From NCBI GenBank assembly GCA_951406725.2, contig OX597829.1, forward strand, positions 27,900,001 through 27,964,000: 64,000 nt of DNA, in the 5' to 3' direction. The DNA is from Octopus vulgaris. Taxonomy: Eukaryota. This document shows positions 1 through 12,334 of this stretch, piece by piece (within the stretch, counting starts at the first letter, position 1; each line of letters opens with the position of its first letter). The notes under the pieces were generated by a model. That model worked only from the letters and a program-made list of their open reading frames with translations. It did no database searches and had not been told where the DNA came from. The position numbers and the translations under genes are program-made.

Positions 1-251
1 CCCCTTACCCTACCCTAAATCCTTCAATTTTCACTTTCTTTAAATTTTTTTTTAGCGAAATACGTAGAAAAACACGGAGATTATAATTGTAAAAAAAATT
101 CTGAAAAAAGTGAAAATTGAAGAATTTGGGGGTGAGGGAATTAAAATTTTAAAATACCATTTTTGCTGCAGAATCAGAATCTCCGTTCTCGAAAATGGGG
201 GATTATGTCAACTAAAATAAAATAACGAAACATTCTTTACGTCCACCCGAT

Positions 252-680
252 TAGACATGAAAAGTTTGTGAGGAACCCACTGACCAAATTAGCTGACTTT
301 TCCGATGGCACGCAGGTGTCGATGAATGGTTGAATAACCAAATCCAAGCTTCTCTACTAGTTCCTCAACAGCTACGATGGGGCTTTTGTTCCACTAGGTT
401 TTGTAGGACGTCCTCGTCGAGCTCTACAGATCTTCGAGGACGAGGTTCATCTTCCAAGCTGTAGTTTCCAGCTCGGAATTTCTGGAACCACCGTTGACAC
501 TGGCTTACGCTTATTGTCCGATGCCCATATACTGCATTAATATTCCTCACACTTTCCGTTGCGTCGTTGCCTTTATTGAACTCATAAAGCAAAATATGCC
601 GAATATGCTCCTTTGTCACTTCCATTATAGCTTTGAAAAAAATAATTCTTAAAATCTAACTGCACTCTTCAAAACTTATT
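252..680 (-). pseudogene. Mariner (Mos1/SETMAR-type) transposase 5' fragment, degenerate
   Basis: ORF 625..365 (MEVTKEHIRHILLYEF...CQRWFQKFRAGNYSLEDEPR) resembles the mariner N-terminal HTH. After a frameshift and a stop it continues to the WVPHKL linker motif at 279..262, then is truncated. Confidence 0.9.
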
Positions 681-844
681 GGTGGTGGCGTGCTTATTAG
701 AATCGTTTGAGCGCCGGTTAAATGCGTCTCGGTAGTTTTCAATCTCATTATTGCGTTCAAACCACACCGATACCGACTTGCTGGGATCGATGGTAGCCAT
801 AAAAATTGGCCCCGTTCCTAAATCAGAAACCATTATTATCATCT

Positions 845-1075
845 AAGTCGGCTTGCTGGCAGAATCGTTAGCACACCGAGTAAAAATGCTTAGCAGCATT
901 TCGTCTGTCTTTAGTTCTTAACTCAAATTCCGTCGAGGTCGACTTTGCTTTTCATCCTTTCGGGGTCAATAAAATAAGAAACAGTTGTGTACGGAGATCG
1001 ATGTAATCGACTTACCCCCTCCCCTGAACTTGCTAGCTTTCTATCAAAATTCGAAATCACTGTTATTATTATTAC
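845..1075 (+). mobile_element. SINE family B (tRNA-like head, Nin/Deu-like core, (ATT)n tail)
   Basis: Contains GCTGGCAGAATCGTTAGCAC...TCAAATTCC...GTCGACTTTGCTTTTCATCCTTTCGGGGTC. The same consensus recurs more than 15 times in the window. Confidence 0.8.
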
Positions 1076-1524
1076 TATTATTATTATAATTAATTGTTGT
1101 TGATATTATTTATCTTAGCCCCAGCAATTAGTTACGATCCAAGAAGCCCACAGTCAGAAGCACTTCAGTTGTAGTCATATCATATTCTAGAGACGTTATA
1201 TCCAGGGCTATATTTTCCATTATTTAGGATGTAACTTTGATGTAGGTTTGACTGCTATTTCTAGCTAATCGAGCAACTCTATTGAGGCTCCTTTGTTGGC
1301 TACTTGGATCGAGTGGCCCAGAAAACACTGGTGCAGAAATCTTTTTTATATTCTACACCCCTTATTTTTTGGTTCCAGTCATAGGACAACAGCCATAGTG
1401 GAGCACCGCTATGAAAGATTTTAATCGAACAAATCGACACCAGTACTTTAAGAAAGAATCTGGGACTTGTATCAGTTACTTTGGCGCGAACTACTAAATT
1501 ACAACGCTGCCAAGTGGTGGTGGG

Positions 1525-1850
1525 GATGCGGCCATGCTGGAGCACCACCTTAGTCGAACAAATCGACCTCAGGACTTATTCTTTGTATGCCTAGTACTTA
1601 TTCTATCGGTGTCTTTTGCCGAACCGCTAATTTACAGGGATGTAAACATACTAATATCGGTTGTCGAGCGATGGTAGGGGGACATTCACAGACATATACG
1701 ATAGGCTTCTTTCGGTCTCCGTCTACCAAATGCACTCACAAAACTTTGGTCGGCCCAAGGCTATAGTAGAAGACGCTTGCCCAAGGTGCCACGCAGTGGG
1801 ACTGAACCCGGAACCATGTGGTTGGTAAGTAAGCTACTTACCACACAGAC
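1525..1850 (-). mobile_element. SINE family A (tRNA-derived)
   Basis: The reverse strand has a tRNA-like head with B box GGTTCAGTCCC, then ACCTTGGGCAAG, and ends GGTGCTCCAGCATGGCC. It matches the other copies in the window. Confidence 0.85.
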
Positions 1851-2207
1851 ACTATATATATATATATATGTGTGTGTGTGAGTATGAGTGACATTCTTTC
1901 GGTATACCCCTCAGCAAATTCATTCAGAAGGCATTAGTCGGCCCCGAATTCTTGCAGTGGGACTGAACCGGAAACCACATGCTTCAAACAGCCATACCTT
2001 AGCAAGTGTTTATTTTTTGCAGCCTTAGTAACGTAATATTTAAAAGATAGAAAAGTCAATTACCTAATTATTTATTTATTACTTAAAAAAATCGAAGAAC
2101 ATGCAGTAAGTATTGTGGAATAATAAAGTTCTTGTTATGCTTTAATATAACAAAGTTATTTTAAAACACTAATTCCGCTCAGAAAAATACCATGGTAATA
2201 AACTATG

Positions 2208-2437
2208 GGTACTACTTGAGAACAGTGGTCCGGTGCGCGCACTCGCGTAGTCGCGCATCCAAGCTAGCTAGTCGATCCCTACTTTGTGTTTTTGTGTGTT
2301 ATTTACTTTGTTTAAAAAATTATTTACTTTGTGTTTTATTTACTTTGCTAGGTAGTCGTTGTAGGATCGACTAGTCACGACTAGCTAGCGCGGATACGCG
2401 CGTGCGCGCACAGGGACCACTGTTCTCATGTAGTACC
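2208..2437. mobile_element. MITE with GGTACTAC termini and 9-bp TSD (Merlin- or MULE-like)
   Basis: TIRs are GGTACTACTTGAGAACAGTGGTCC and GGACCACTGTTCTCATGTAGTACC. TAAACTATG is duplicated exactly at 2199-2207 and 2438-2446. Confidence 0.9.
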
Positions 2438-2621
2438 TAAACTATGTTACACTTCCGAAATGACTTATTGCGTCTCGGATTGGGAATTCCGTTGGAAAGC
2501 GAGCGTGTGTGTATGTATTTGTATATACATATATAAAATTAATTAAGGGTAGAAATTGATATTTATCAATTAAGACCAGTGGTCTAGCATATTAAAAAAA
2601 GAATCCGAAGATTAAAATATT

Positions 2622-2741
2622 TATATATACCAATTAAGGACTGAACGAGAACATAATCTTTTTGTGGAGAATGGCGATTTGACGTCTATATCTAGCATGT
2701 TGACTGTCCACTTTTCGTGTTCAGTCCTTAATTGGTATATA
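2622..2741. repeat. Inverted repeat / foldback fragment
   Basis: TATATACCAATTAAGGACTGAAC pairs with GTTCAGTCCTTAATTGGTATATA. Confidence 0.7.
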
Positions 2742-3034
2742 CATATATATATATATAAGGATAAGATCGTTAATTTAAATTAAATGGCGATCTTATCAAG
2801 TGGCCAGCATGGAAATAAAAACCTTCAAAGGCAATAATTATTATTAAAATTATAACTTAAAAAAGACGAAGACAGGTGGTGTAGAAAACAAACAGATGTA
2901 TTAGTATAATTCTTTCGGGAATTGAAAAAATCTAACGTTTTGAGCCTACACTCTTCCACAAAGAAATAAGGAGAGAAAAAAAAAATGTGTGTAATGGCTA
3001 CCGATCTATCATGGCGAATATATATCTCTTTTAT

Positions 3035-3401
3035 TTCTCTTTTACTTGTTTCAGTTATTTGACTGCGGCCATGCTGGAGCACCGCCTTTAATCGAGCAAC
3101 TCGACCCCGGGACTTATTCTTTTGTAAGCCCAGTACTTATTCTATCGGTCTGATTTGCCGAACCGCTAAGTAACGGGGACATAAACACACCAGCATCGGT
3201 TGTCAAGCAATGCTAGGGGACAAACACACACACGCATGCGCTTGGCTTAGATTTTCCTTTGGGGCTGGCCGGATCGGAGCAATCTCAAGATTAATCAGCC
3301 GAAATTGCGAAGATGATCCGGTTCTTGACTGAAGATTGAAGGCTTCGAATGTCCCGTCCGTGTTTTTTGTATCGTTCTTGTCCCAGTTTGTATTTTTTTA
3401 C

Positions 3402-3450
<49 letters not shown>

Positions 3451-3620
3451 CATATATACGACGGGCTTCTTTCAGTTTCCGTCTACCAAATCCACTCACA
3501 AGGCTTTGGTCGACCCGAGGCTATAGTAGAAGACACTTGCCCAAGGTGCCACGCAGTGGGACTGAACCCGGAAACATGTGGTTGTTAGACAAGCTACTTA
3601 CTACACAGCCACTCCTGCAT
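3035..3620 (-). mobile_element. SINE family A, near full length, with an extra ~160 bp segment (about 3240-3400) in its internal microsatellite
   Basis: Both halves match the family consensus. The reverse-strand head is GCAGGAGTGGCTGTGTAGTAAG, and there is an internal (TA)n. Confidence 0.85.
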
Positions 3621-3826
3621 ACAAGCTACCATAATCGTTAGCACACCGGACAAAGTTCTTAAACTTCGGGCGTGTTTTGCAAATGTCTCCGGATAATTTC
3701 CTCTTTTCACCTCATTAGTCTGTGACACTCCTGGAAAAGAAAAGGCACAGCATTTTCTCTGCTTTACTTGTCCAGGCTAGGCTAGAGGTTCTCAAACTAA
3801 TAAATATGCCGAAAACACGCAAATTC

Positions 3827-4480
3827 GGTACTATTTAAGAAGTGTGGTGTCGGTGCGCGCACTCGCGCTAGCTAGTCGTGACTAGTCAATCCTACAACAA
3901 CTACCTAGCGCGTATGCAAATTAATGGGGTTTTTTTCTTAAACAAAAATAATTTTTTTATACAAAGTAAATAATTTTTTACACAAAATAATAAATTTTTT
4001 AAACAAAGTAAATAAAACACAAAATAGATAATTTTTTACACAAAGTAAATAATTTTTTAAAATAAAGTAAATAATTTTTTTTTTCTAAACAACGGAAAAA
4101 ATTTTTTTTAAACGAATTAAATAAAAATAACACACTCTTCATACTCTTAAAACGTCGTTTTACGTTCTTCTAATAACTTTCAACCGAATTTGTATGAACA
4201 TTTGATATAGGATCGATAAAATTTTCGGAATGGTTCACCTTGGAATGGATGTATTTTGGCGTCACATCTATTTCAGTAATCCCATTGTACGTACTCCAAA
4301 TTTATTTACGTTGTTTAGGAAAAAAAAAATTATTTATTTTAGAAAAAAATTATTTACTTTGTGTCAAAAATTATTTATTTTGTTTAAAAAAACCCTATTT
4401 AAAAAAAAAAAATCTATTAATTTGCATCTGCGCACTCGCGCTAGGTAGGCGGTGTTTGATCGACTAGTCACGACTAGTAC
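3827..4480. mobile_element. Foldback element related to the 2208 MITE, with long TIRs built from ACAAAGTAAATAATTTTT subrepeats
   Basis: The left arm GGTACTA...GTGCGCGCACTCGCG...CTAGTCGTGACTAGTC mirrors GACTAGTCACGACTAG near 4462-4477. The subrepeat arrays are inverted between the arms. Confidence 0.75.
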
Positions 4481-4919
4481 CGGCAAATTTTTTTTATCTG
4501 TTTTCTCACGCAGCCTAGTGGTTAGTGCATGGACACGATCATAAAATTCCCAGACCGAATGATGCATTATCAATTCACGTTGCTTCAAGTGCTTTCCACT
4601 TGTTTAGTGTTATTAGTAAAATTTAAATTGAAGTCAATCTCCATAGATGTAATCTTTTATTGAATTCATGTGGGGAGGTAAAGAATGCGTACACCACCCG
4701 TTTTCGGTGCAACGAAAACCCTAACCGTAACCCTAAACACCAGGTGTGCGTATTCTTTACTTTCGCCGAATTCATTCATGACCCTTAAAATACTGGAAAT
4801 TACGGATTCCGACCAAAACCACTATCATCATCATCATCATCATCAACAACACTACACTTCATTCAATAACGGCAGTAACTATAATTTCTGTCCACCACTA
4901 AATTGAGCTAACGATTTTA

Positions 4920-5237
4920 TCAAAGCAAATTCACTATTGATTTGTGGTACCCAGTGTTTTTAAGGTTCCCGAGGGATCCAGCAATAGCTGGGAAGTTCAC
5001 GCTGCAACGGACCGGTGTCCTATTCAAGGAGAGATGTAATCCCTGTCCACTATAAGTGACAAGGAAACCGTGTTGAGCTCCGGCCTTTTGGGTCATAGGG
5101 CTCATGACATACCTTAGTCTAGAGCCTATCTCACCCCCACTTCATTGGTCAGACAATACAGACTTACGGTTAATCTTTACAAGTGGTTGCTATATGCACC
5201 TAAGCACTGTATACAATAATTTCATTATTATTATTAT
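4920..5237 (+). mobile_element. Degenerate SINE (V/Meta-domain-like core, (ATT)n tail)
   Basis: The core GCTGCAACGGACCGGTGTCCTATTCAAGG...GGAAACCGTG...GCTCCGGCC resembles the element at 59329. It ends AAGCACTGTATACAATAATTTCATTATTATT. Confidence 0.5.
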
Positions 5238-6392
5238 ATAATCCGTCTCACATCGTTACGATATTGAAACATTTTAAACAGCTTCATTTTATTTAACATG
5301 GCAATTTATTCGCATGTCTCTGTTCTCGATCTCCACAGCCCATCCCAGATAATTGGGTTTTCTCTTTCTTATTTCTTTATTGCCCACAAGGGGCTAAGGG
5401 TCTCCTCTTTCTACCAGAAACACCGGCCAAGAGCTATAAATATTTCTCTCTCCCACACACACGAGAGAGAGAGAGAGATCACTATAAATTTTAAAATTTT
5501 AATAACTAATTGCATAATTTACACCGCTGACAATGTATATTATTCCAGAAACCATTCCCATCATCTTGAAAATTGGAAGAGAGTGAAGAGTTAGAAGAAA
5601 ATTTATTTAAGCACAGACAATTCTAGCGAGTTGAAAAAAGCATGTTGATTATTTCTGGTATGGATTTTTAAAAAATTAAATGCGAGGCCGGAAATTCCGA
5701 CATTTATAGAAGTGTGCGTAATTTCTACAGAATTGAGTACGTGCTTATTAACGAGATAATAATCTGAGTTTATGAGAAGGGGAAATGGATGTGTATGTGT
5801 GAAACAAAGTTGTGTCTAACTTTTTTTTTTGTCGTTATCTATCTATTAAACAAATAAAAAGGAGACAAGTTTTACTGATTGACCTTATTTCAAGGTGCTA
5901 ACATTTAATAGCACAAAACTTAAACTAAGTAATTAGAAGCCATCGACTGCCTAGTTAATGGATGGCTGTTAACTGCTGAACTGTGAAATTTTATCTTCCG
6001 ATATCCATTTCCGTATTTACTCGGCGATGTCAAAATCCTCCAAGTAAAATGAACTAGTCACAATGTAGTGTTTCGTTATGTCTGTCAAATATGTGTCAAC
6101 TATAAATGAAAATAACATTCAGTTGTCATCCTCTTTCAGATAAAAACAATATGGCAGACGTGGAGTGGGAGATGCTTGCCCTTCAGCCATATTTACTGAT
6201 AGTCACTATCAATGTAAAGAAAAGGGAAATATTAAAAAGTAACATGGTTCTTTAGAAATGTCGAAACAAACAACTAAATAAAAATATGTTAAATCGTGTA
6301 AAAAAAAAAGTCACTTTATTTTCCGGAAAAAAAAAAAAAAACGACTTTCGGATTTCTTAATATTAACGCTGGGCAAATATCTTAATTCACTA

Positions 6393-7110
6393 TTATTACA
6401 CTTGGAAAAGTTCAGTAAAGATCCCAACTTATTACATCTGGTAAAGTACAGAAAAAGAAAATTTTTTACTTAAAATATTGCAGCTAAGGATAAAATTTCA
6501 AATAAAATATTTCAATTTAGGAAATATTAGCTTTTATTCAAAGTAAAAATTGAATTAGAAGTTATTACTTATATTTGTAATTGTTACTTCTATTAAAAAT
6601 TAAAAATAACTCAAGGTATTTTTTGCAATTCAAAAAATTTCCTTTTTTAAAATTATTAATTAATAATCAGAAATTTGAAAATAGGTTATAAAAAATAATA
6701 GTAGTGCATAATAAGTTAGTACAGTAAATAGAATAGTACAAAAATTTGTTATATATTACAGTAAAATCTATCCATAACAACAAATTCACAGTAAAGTTTG
6801 AGTTATTGCCAAGTCTTCACATTTCTAGTCTTGACCCAATGCCTATTTTAACATAATGAATTTGCCAATATATATACTTATTCTACTTTGCATAAAGCTT
6901 TAGCTATATTAGTACTTCTGGCTCTCATTTTATAAGTATCCTAGTGTGTCATTATTTTAACAAACTGATGGTACCTTTTTTTAATTATAATATTGAATAA
7001 TTTTTAATATTCAAATTTTATCCTTAGCTGCAATATTTTAAGTAAAAATTTTCCTGTTCTGTACTTTACCAGATGTAATAAGTTGTCCTAAACTTTTCCA
7101 AGTGTAATAA
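6393..7110. mobile_element. Non-autonomous DNA transposon with ~120 bp TIRs
   Basis: TTATTACACTTGGAAAAGTT...ACTTATTACATCTGGTAAAGTACAG...GCAGCTAAGGATAAAATTT is mirrored at about 7010-7110. TA flanks the CACTTGG/CCAAGTG ends. Confidence 0.8.
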
Positions 7111-7273
7111 CTTGTCATGTAATTTTTCAGGTTTATAATCTTGAGAATATTATTTCTCTTGCTCGCATGTTTCCATGTAATCCATGTTTTTTCCAGGCTA
7201 TGCTATTATGTTAAATAATAATGTCAAATGTGTCAATTAGCAGTTTGTTGATAATTTTTTCTTCACCTCAACG

Positions 7274-7805
7274 ATGTCCTCGTTTAAGAAACAGATTGGG
7301 TTTATTTACATTTGCGAAGAAAAAAAGATACCCTTCTCCCAACCCTAATCCTAATCCTACCCCTAAAGTAGATTGAAATACAATAGATCGATACTAGGGC
7401 CATAATTATGGGTGACAATTTCATATGACACCGCTATGGAAAATGAGATTTTTTTCTAGCGGTGTCGTATGAAATTGTCACCCATAATTATCTATTTTAG
7501 GGTTAGGGGTGGGGGGAAGGGTACCTTTTTTTCTTCGCAAATGTAAATAAACCCAATCTGTTTCTTAACCGAGGACATATTCATACAGCACGGTATGTTT
7601 TGAATCCAAATGGACGTATTTGATTGGTTAAAATTGCCGAAAAGCTCGATTTTAAAGTGGAAATATGTTACAACGTATAGAATTGTCTCAATAAAGCCAA
7701 GAAAAAATGATGCTTTATAAACACATTCTACCAGTATACGAAGTTTAGAAGTGTTTAGTTAACTAGAAATTGTGTTGAAAACTGCCGTTCAAAAGGAAAA
7801 GATCC
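7274..7805. mobile_element. Rearranged copy of the GGATC-ended transposon family containing a ~300 bp palindrome (7274-7578)
   Basis: ATGTCCTCG..AAGAAACAGATTGGGTTTATTTACATTTGCG mirrors about 7535-7578. The right end AAAAGATCC and the internal sequence match the element at 9333-10070. Confidence 0.8.
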
Positions 7806-7990
7806 CTCAATTTTTTTATGCCAAAATGTAGCTAGGGATCAGCCCTTTTCAAAAATGTTAACAATTTTCAATTTGATTAAGAACTGGATTAGCGACAAGC
7901 TCGTGAATGAAAGATGCTGCATGTGAGTAAATTGTGGCCTTAAGAATATTATTCAACTACTACCGTAGTTGAATGATATCTCACTCACTC

Positions 7991-8056
<66 letters not shown>

Positions 8057-8108
8057 CATATATAAGGCCACAATTTACTATACACACACACACATATATA
8101 TATGTATA

Positions 8109-8613
8109 CTAGCAGTATCGCCCGGCGTTGCTCGGGTTTGTAAGGGAAATAACTATATAAGCATTTTTAGAGAGTTACTTCCCTTATAAATTCGGGCTTT
8201 CTTAGCCATTTTTGTTTTGGTGTCTTCAAGCCATGAAGTCGTTGTTCTAAAAGAACGCTGGTTTTCTTCACAACGCATTACGACGTTGATTTCTTTACAC
8301 TCCCTTCCCCACAGCTTCACGAGGGAGGGAAGGGGAGAAGCAAACAGGTGCAGCTGTGAGCGTGGACGCCAACTCCGCCGCCATCGACATACGATGCATT
8401 TTATGCATTAAAATGGAATAAAAAATGATGTTAAGTTATTTTTAAACTCGTAGACTCATCGTTGACGCACGCTAATAGTCAGACGGGCTCGATATGAATC
8501 ACGACTATAAGATACCCGAATTTGGTTAAACTGCACCGCAAAATGTGGGAGGAGTTAGGAATCTAAATCGAAGGGGACAGACACTCACACAACTAGAGTT
8601 TTATATATATAGA
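8109..8613 (-). mobile_element. Non-autonomous Helitron
   Basis: The reverse strand starts TCTATATATATAAAA and ends with the hairpin CCCGAGCAACGCCGGG followed by CTAG. It sits between A and T with no TSD. Confidence 0.8.
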
Positions 8614-8751
8614 TATATATATATATATATACATAGATAGATAAGATAAGATTAAGAATGAAAACTGTGTTCTCTTGAAGAACAACTACTTTCTCCAGTA
8701 TTCCAGATCCATATGTAGTTAATATATTAATTTGTGTGAGGTATCCTTCAT

Positions 8752-9018
8752 CTTTTACTTGTTTCAGTCATCATACTGCAGCCATGCTGGGGTACTGTTT
8801 TGAAGAATTTTGGTGGAATAAATCGATCCCAGTACATATTTTTTTAAAGCTTGGTATTTATTCTATTGATATCTTTTGCCCAAACTGCTAAGTTACAGGG
8901 ACGTAAACACACTGACACCGGTTGAGAAGTGGTGGTGACACACCTACACACACATGTGCAATGAGTTTCTTTAGGTTTTCATCTATCAAAGCCACTCACA
9001 TGGCTGTAGTAGAAGACA
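8752..9018 (-). mobile_element. SINE family A, diverged copy
   Basis: Colinear similarity to the family consensus. Confidence 0.7.
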
Positions 9019-9019
9019 C

Positions 9020-9238
9020 TCCTTTACTCTTGTTTCAGTCATTTGACCGTGGCCATGCTGGAGCACCGCCTTTAGTTGAGCAAATTAACCCCAGGATTTA
9101 TTCTTTGTAAGCCTAGTACTTATTCTATCGGTCTCTTTTGCCAAACCGCGAAGTTACGGGGACTTAAACACACCAGCATCAGTTGTCAAGCGATGTTGGG
9201 CAGCCAAACAGACACACAAACATATACACACACATACA

Positions 9239-9304
<66 letters not shown>

Positions 9305-10220
9305 TATATACGACGGGCTTCTTTCAGTTTCCGGATCTTTTCGCTTTGAATTCAATTTCTGCCGTAGTGTGTCAACAATAATTATTTCCGGTGTCATGAA
9401 ATTGTCCTTGTTATTTATGAGAAAAAAGATACCCTGTGGCCATAAACTGAGGGGTCACTCGTAAATAGAGCTGGATAACAAAACCGTTCCCTCTTTAGTG
9501 TCCACCCATAATTATGACCCTAGTATCGATCTATTGCATTTCAATCTGTTTTAGGATTAGGGTTAGGAGTTGGGTTAGGGTTAGGGGTGGGGGGAAGGGT
9601 ATCTTTTTTTTTTCTTCAGATATGTAAATAAACTCAATCTGTTTCTTAAACGAATATATAATATGTAATATGTGTATCTGCAACAGAGAGGAAAATTAAA
9701 ACTGCATATGTTGTGAACTTAGAATATGTGTTTATTAATAAAAGTTTAATAACGATAATCTTTTATTCATATGAACGTAACTGATATGAAATATGTCATA
9801 AATAACAGGGACAATTTCATATAACACCGGAAATAATTGTTGATACATTACGGCAGAAATTGAATTCACTTCAATAGACGTCATTGATTGGTTGAAATTG
9901 CCGAAATGCAAGAAATTAAAGACCAAATATCTTACAAACCACAGAATTTTCTCAAGAAAGCCAAGAGAAAAAAATGTTTTATAAACACATTCTACCAGTA
10001 TACGAAGTTTAAAAGTGTTTAGTTACAAAGAAATTATTTTAAAAATCTGCCGGTCAAAGCGAAAAGATCCCAGTTTCCATCTACCAAATCTACTCGCAAA
10101 GCTTTGGTTGGCCCGAGACTATAGTAGAAGACACCCGCCCAAGGTGCCATGCAGTGGGACTGAACCTGGAACCACGTGGTTGGTAAGCAAGCTACTTACC
10201 ACACAGCCACTTCTACGCCC
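9020..10220 (-). mobile_element. SINE family A, split by a DNA transposon insertion
   Basis: The consensus is interrupted at CTTTCAGTTTCC (9332) and resumes at CAGTTTCCATCTACCAAAT (10071). Confidence 0.85.
9333..10070. mobile_element. Non-autonomous DNA transposon with 17-bp TIRs and 8-bp TSD, carrying TTAGGG-like repeats
   Basis: TIRs are GGATCTTTTCGCTTTGA and TCAAAGCGAAAAGATCC. CAGTTTCC is duplicated at 9325-9332 and 10071-10078. Confidence 0.9.
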
Positions 10221-10386
10221 AAGATGCCACGCAGTGGAACTGAACAAGATCCATGTGGTTGGTAAACAAGCATCTCACCATATAGCCATGTTTGTGGCCA
10301 GCTAGCTTCTACAGAAAATTTTTGATGTTACTTATTCACCATTACACATGTTTCATTTGCTAATAGGAGTTACAAAGTTGTACATT

Positions 10387-10755
10387 CTTTTATTTGTTTC
10401 TGTCATTTGACTGTGGTCATGCTGGAGCACCATCTTTAGTCAAATAAATCGACCCCAGGACTTATTTTTGTAAGCCTAGTACTTATTCTATTGGTCACGT
10501 CTACTGAACTGCTAAGTTACATGGATGTAAACATACCAACATTGACTGTCAAGCAATGATGGTGGGGACAAACACAAACACACAAATACATACATATATA
10601 TATATATATGGGCTTCTTTCAGTTTCTACCAAATCCACTCACAAGGCTTTGGTCAGCCTAAGGCTATAATAGAAGATATTTACCCAAGGTGCCACGCAGT
10701 GGGACTGAACCCGGAACCATGTTGTTGTGAAGCAAGCTTCTGACCACACAGCCAA
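10387..10755 (-). mobile_element. SINE family A
   Basis: Colinear match to the consensus, including the head and the 3' tail. Confidence 0.85.
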
Positions 10756-10799
10756 TTCCCTAATAGATTTTTTTCAATCAGAGAATTAAATAATTTGGT

Positions 10800-12290
10800 T
10801 CTCCATATGCATCACATGACCATACCAGCATAGTCTTCTCTCTTGCATTCAACATCTGATGCCTCTTATATCCAGTTTTTTTCTTAAATTATTTCCACAG
10901 TTGTATGTGCATGCTGACATTACCCATCCAATAGAGCATGCTAGCATCGTATCTCCTCTGTAGTCATAGCCCATGTTTCACCGCTATACAAGCATACTTG
11001 TATGAATACAGGTATCATACTGCCTGCCTTACTCTCTGGGGAAGAGGCCCTTTGTTACCAACAAAGATAGTAGTTGTCTGAACTTTGCCCTGCAACTACA
11101 CTTTTAGAGCTTTCTCCTCTTAACTTGGTTACTTAGGTAATGGAAGCCATCCACTACTTCTAAGGATCCTCCCCCACCCAGATATTTGAGGAAATGTATT
11201 CTCTTTGCATTGTTAGTGTTTATTGTACCTGCACACCTGCCACAAACAAAAACTACTTTCTCTGTTACCCTTCTCATGATACCGCTGCACCTATTATGTG
11301 TCAATAGCTTGCACTGGGTATGCCACATGGAGTTCTTACCAACAACTTATCTATGTATCTCTGAAGGGATTTGTGATTGGCTGTTTACATACTTGCTAGG
11401 ACTTTGGACTTTGCTAAATTAACTATAAGGCCTTTAGACCCCAAACCTTGCTTCCACACCTGAAATTTTCTCTGTAGTTCAGGTAGTGATTCAGCTTTAA
11501 GAACAAGTTCATCAGTGTAGAGGAACTCCCAAGGACAGCCAGTCTTAAATTTCTCTGTTATGGCCTGGAAGACTTTGATAAACAAGAGGGGGCTGAGAAC
11601 CAATCCTTGGTGAACTCTACTTGTACACTAAATTCATTGCTATACTCATTGCCAACCCTCACCTTGCTGACAGCATCCCTGTACATTGCTTGAACAACTC
11701 TCCTTGCCCACTAACCTATTTCTCTGTCAAAGGCTTTCTCCAAGTCAGCCAAAACCAAATACAGAAGTTCTCCTGCAGTTGCCTTGCCAGGAAGATAGCA
11801 TCAGTAGTGCTTCTCTCTGGCACAAAACCAAACTGCATCTCATCCAGGCTAACTGTCTTCCTAGTTATTTGAGCTTTGACACTGCAACTTTCATGATCTG
11901 GTCCAGCAATATGAGACCTCTGTAATTATTTCTGTCTAAGGCATCACCTTTATCTTTGTAGCAGTTGACTTTAATGCTGCTACACCAGTTGTTGGGTATG
12001 ACTTCCTTGTGAATGACCAGATTAACTATATAGGTGACAAGGCCATATCTCACTCTGCCAGATATTTCAAGCACCTCAGCAGTGATTCCTGAGGGGCCAG
12101 GTGCTTTCCCTTTCTTCATATCCTTAATTGGTTTATCTATGAAGCTACTGTTGATTCATATAGCTGGTCACTCTGTTGGGTCTACATTAGGCAGACTCTC
12201 CTTCTGACATACATTCTTTACATTTAACAGCCTTTCATAGAGACATTTCCAAACTTCTTTCATCGCAGAATCACTAACTGCAAGTGGACC
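10800..12290 (-). pseudogene. RTE-clade LINE ORF2 (reverse transcriptase) remnant
   Basis: Fragments include KKGKAPGPSGIT...YKDKGDALDRNNYRGLILL, QGLVLSPLLFI...LYTDELVL (decayed YADD), a Cys/His segment and LEVVDGFHYL. There are multiple frameshifts and a deletion. Confidence 0.85.
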
Positions 12291-12334
12291 ATCATCCATC
12301 ATCTCTCTCATATGTATATATGTATATATATGAT

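Noticed and set aside
365-625. SETMAR or an active transposase gene
   Set aside because: There is no SET domain, it has a frameshift and an in-frame stop, and it is truncated just after WVPHKL.
9551-9600. Telomere or chromosome-fusion scar
   Set aside because: The short degenerate TTAGGG tract lies inside a TIR/TSD-bounded transposon and recurs in a second copy.
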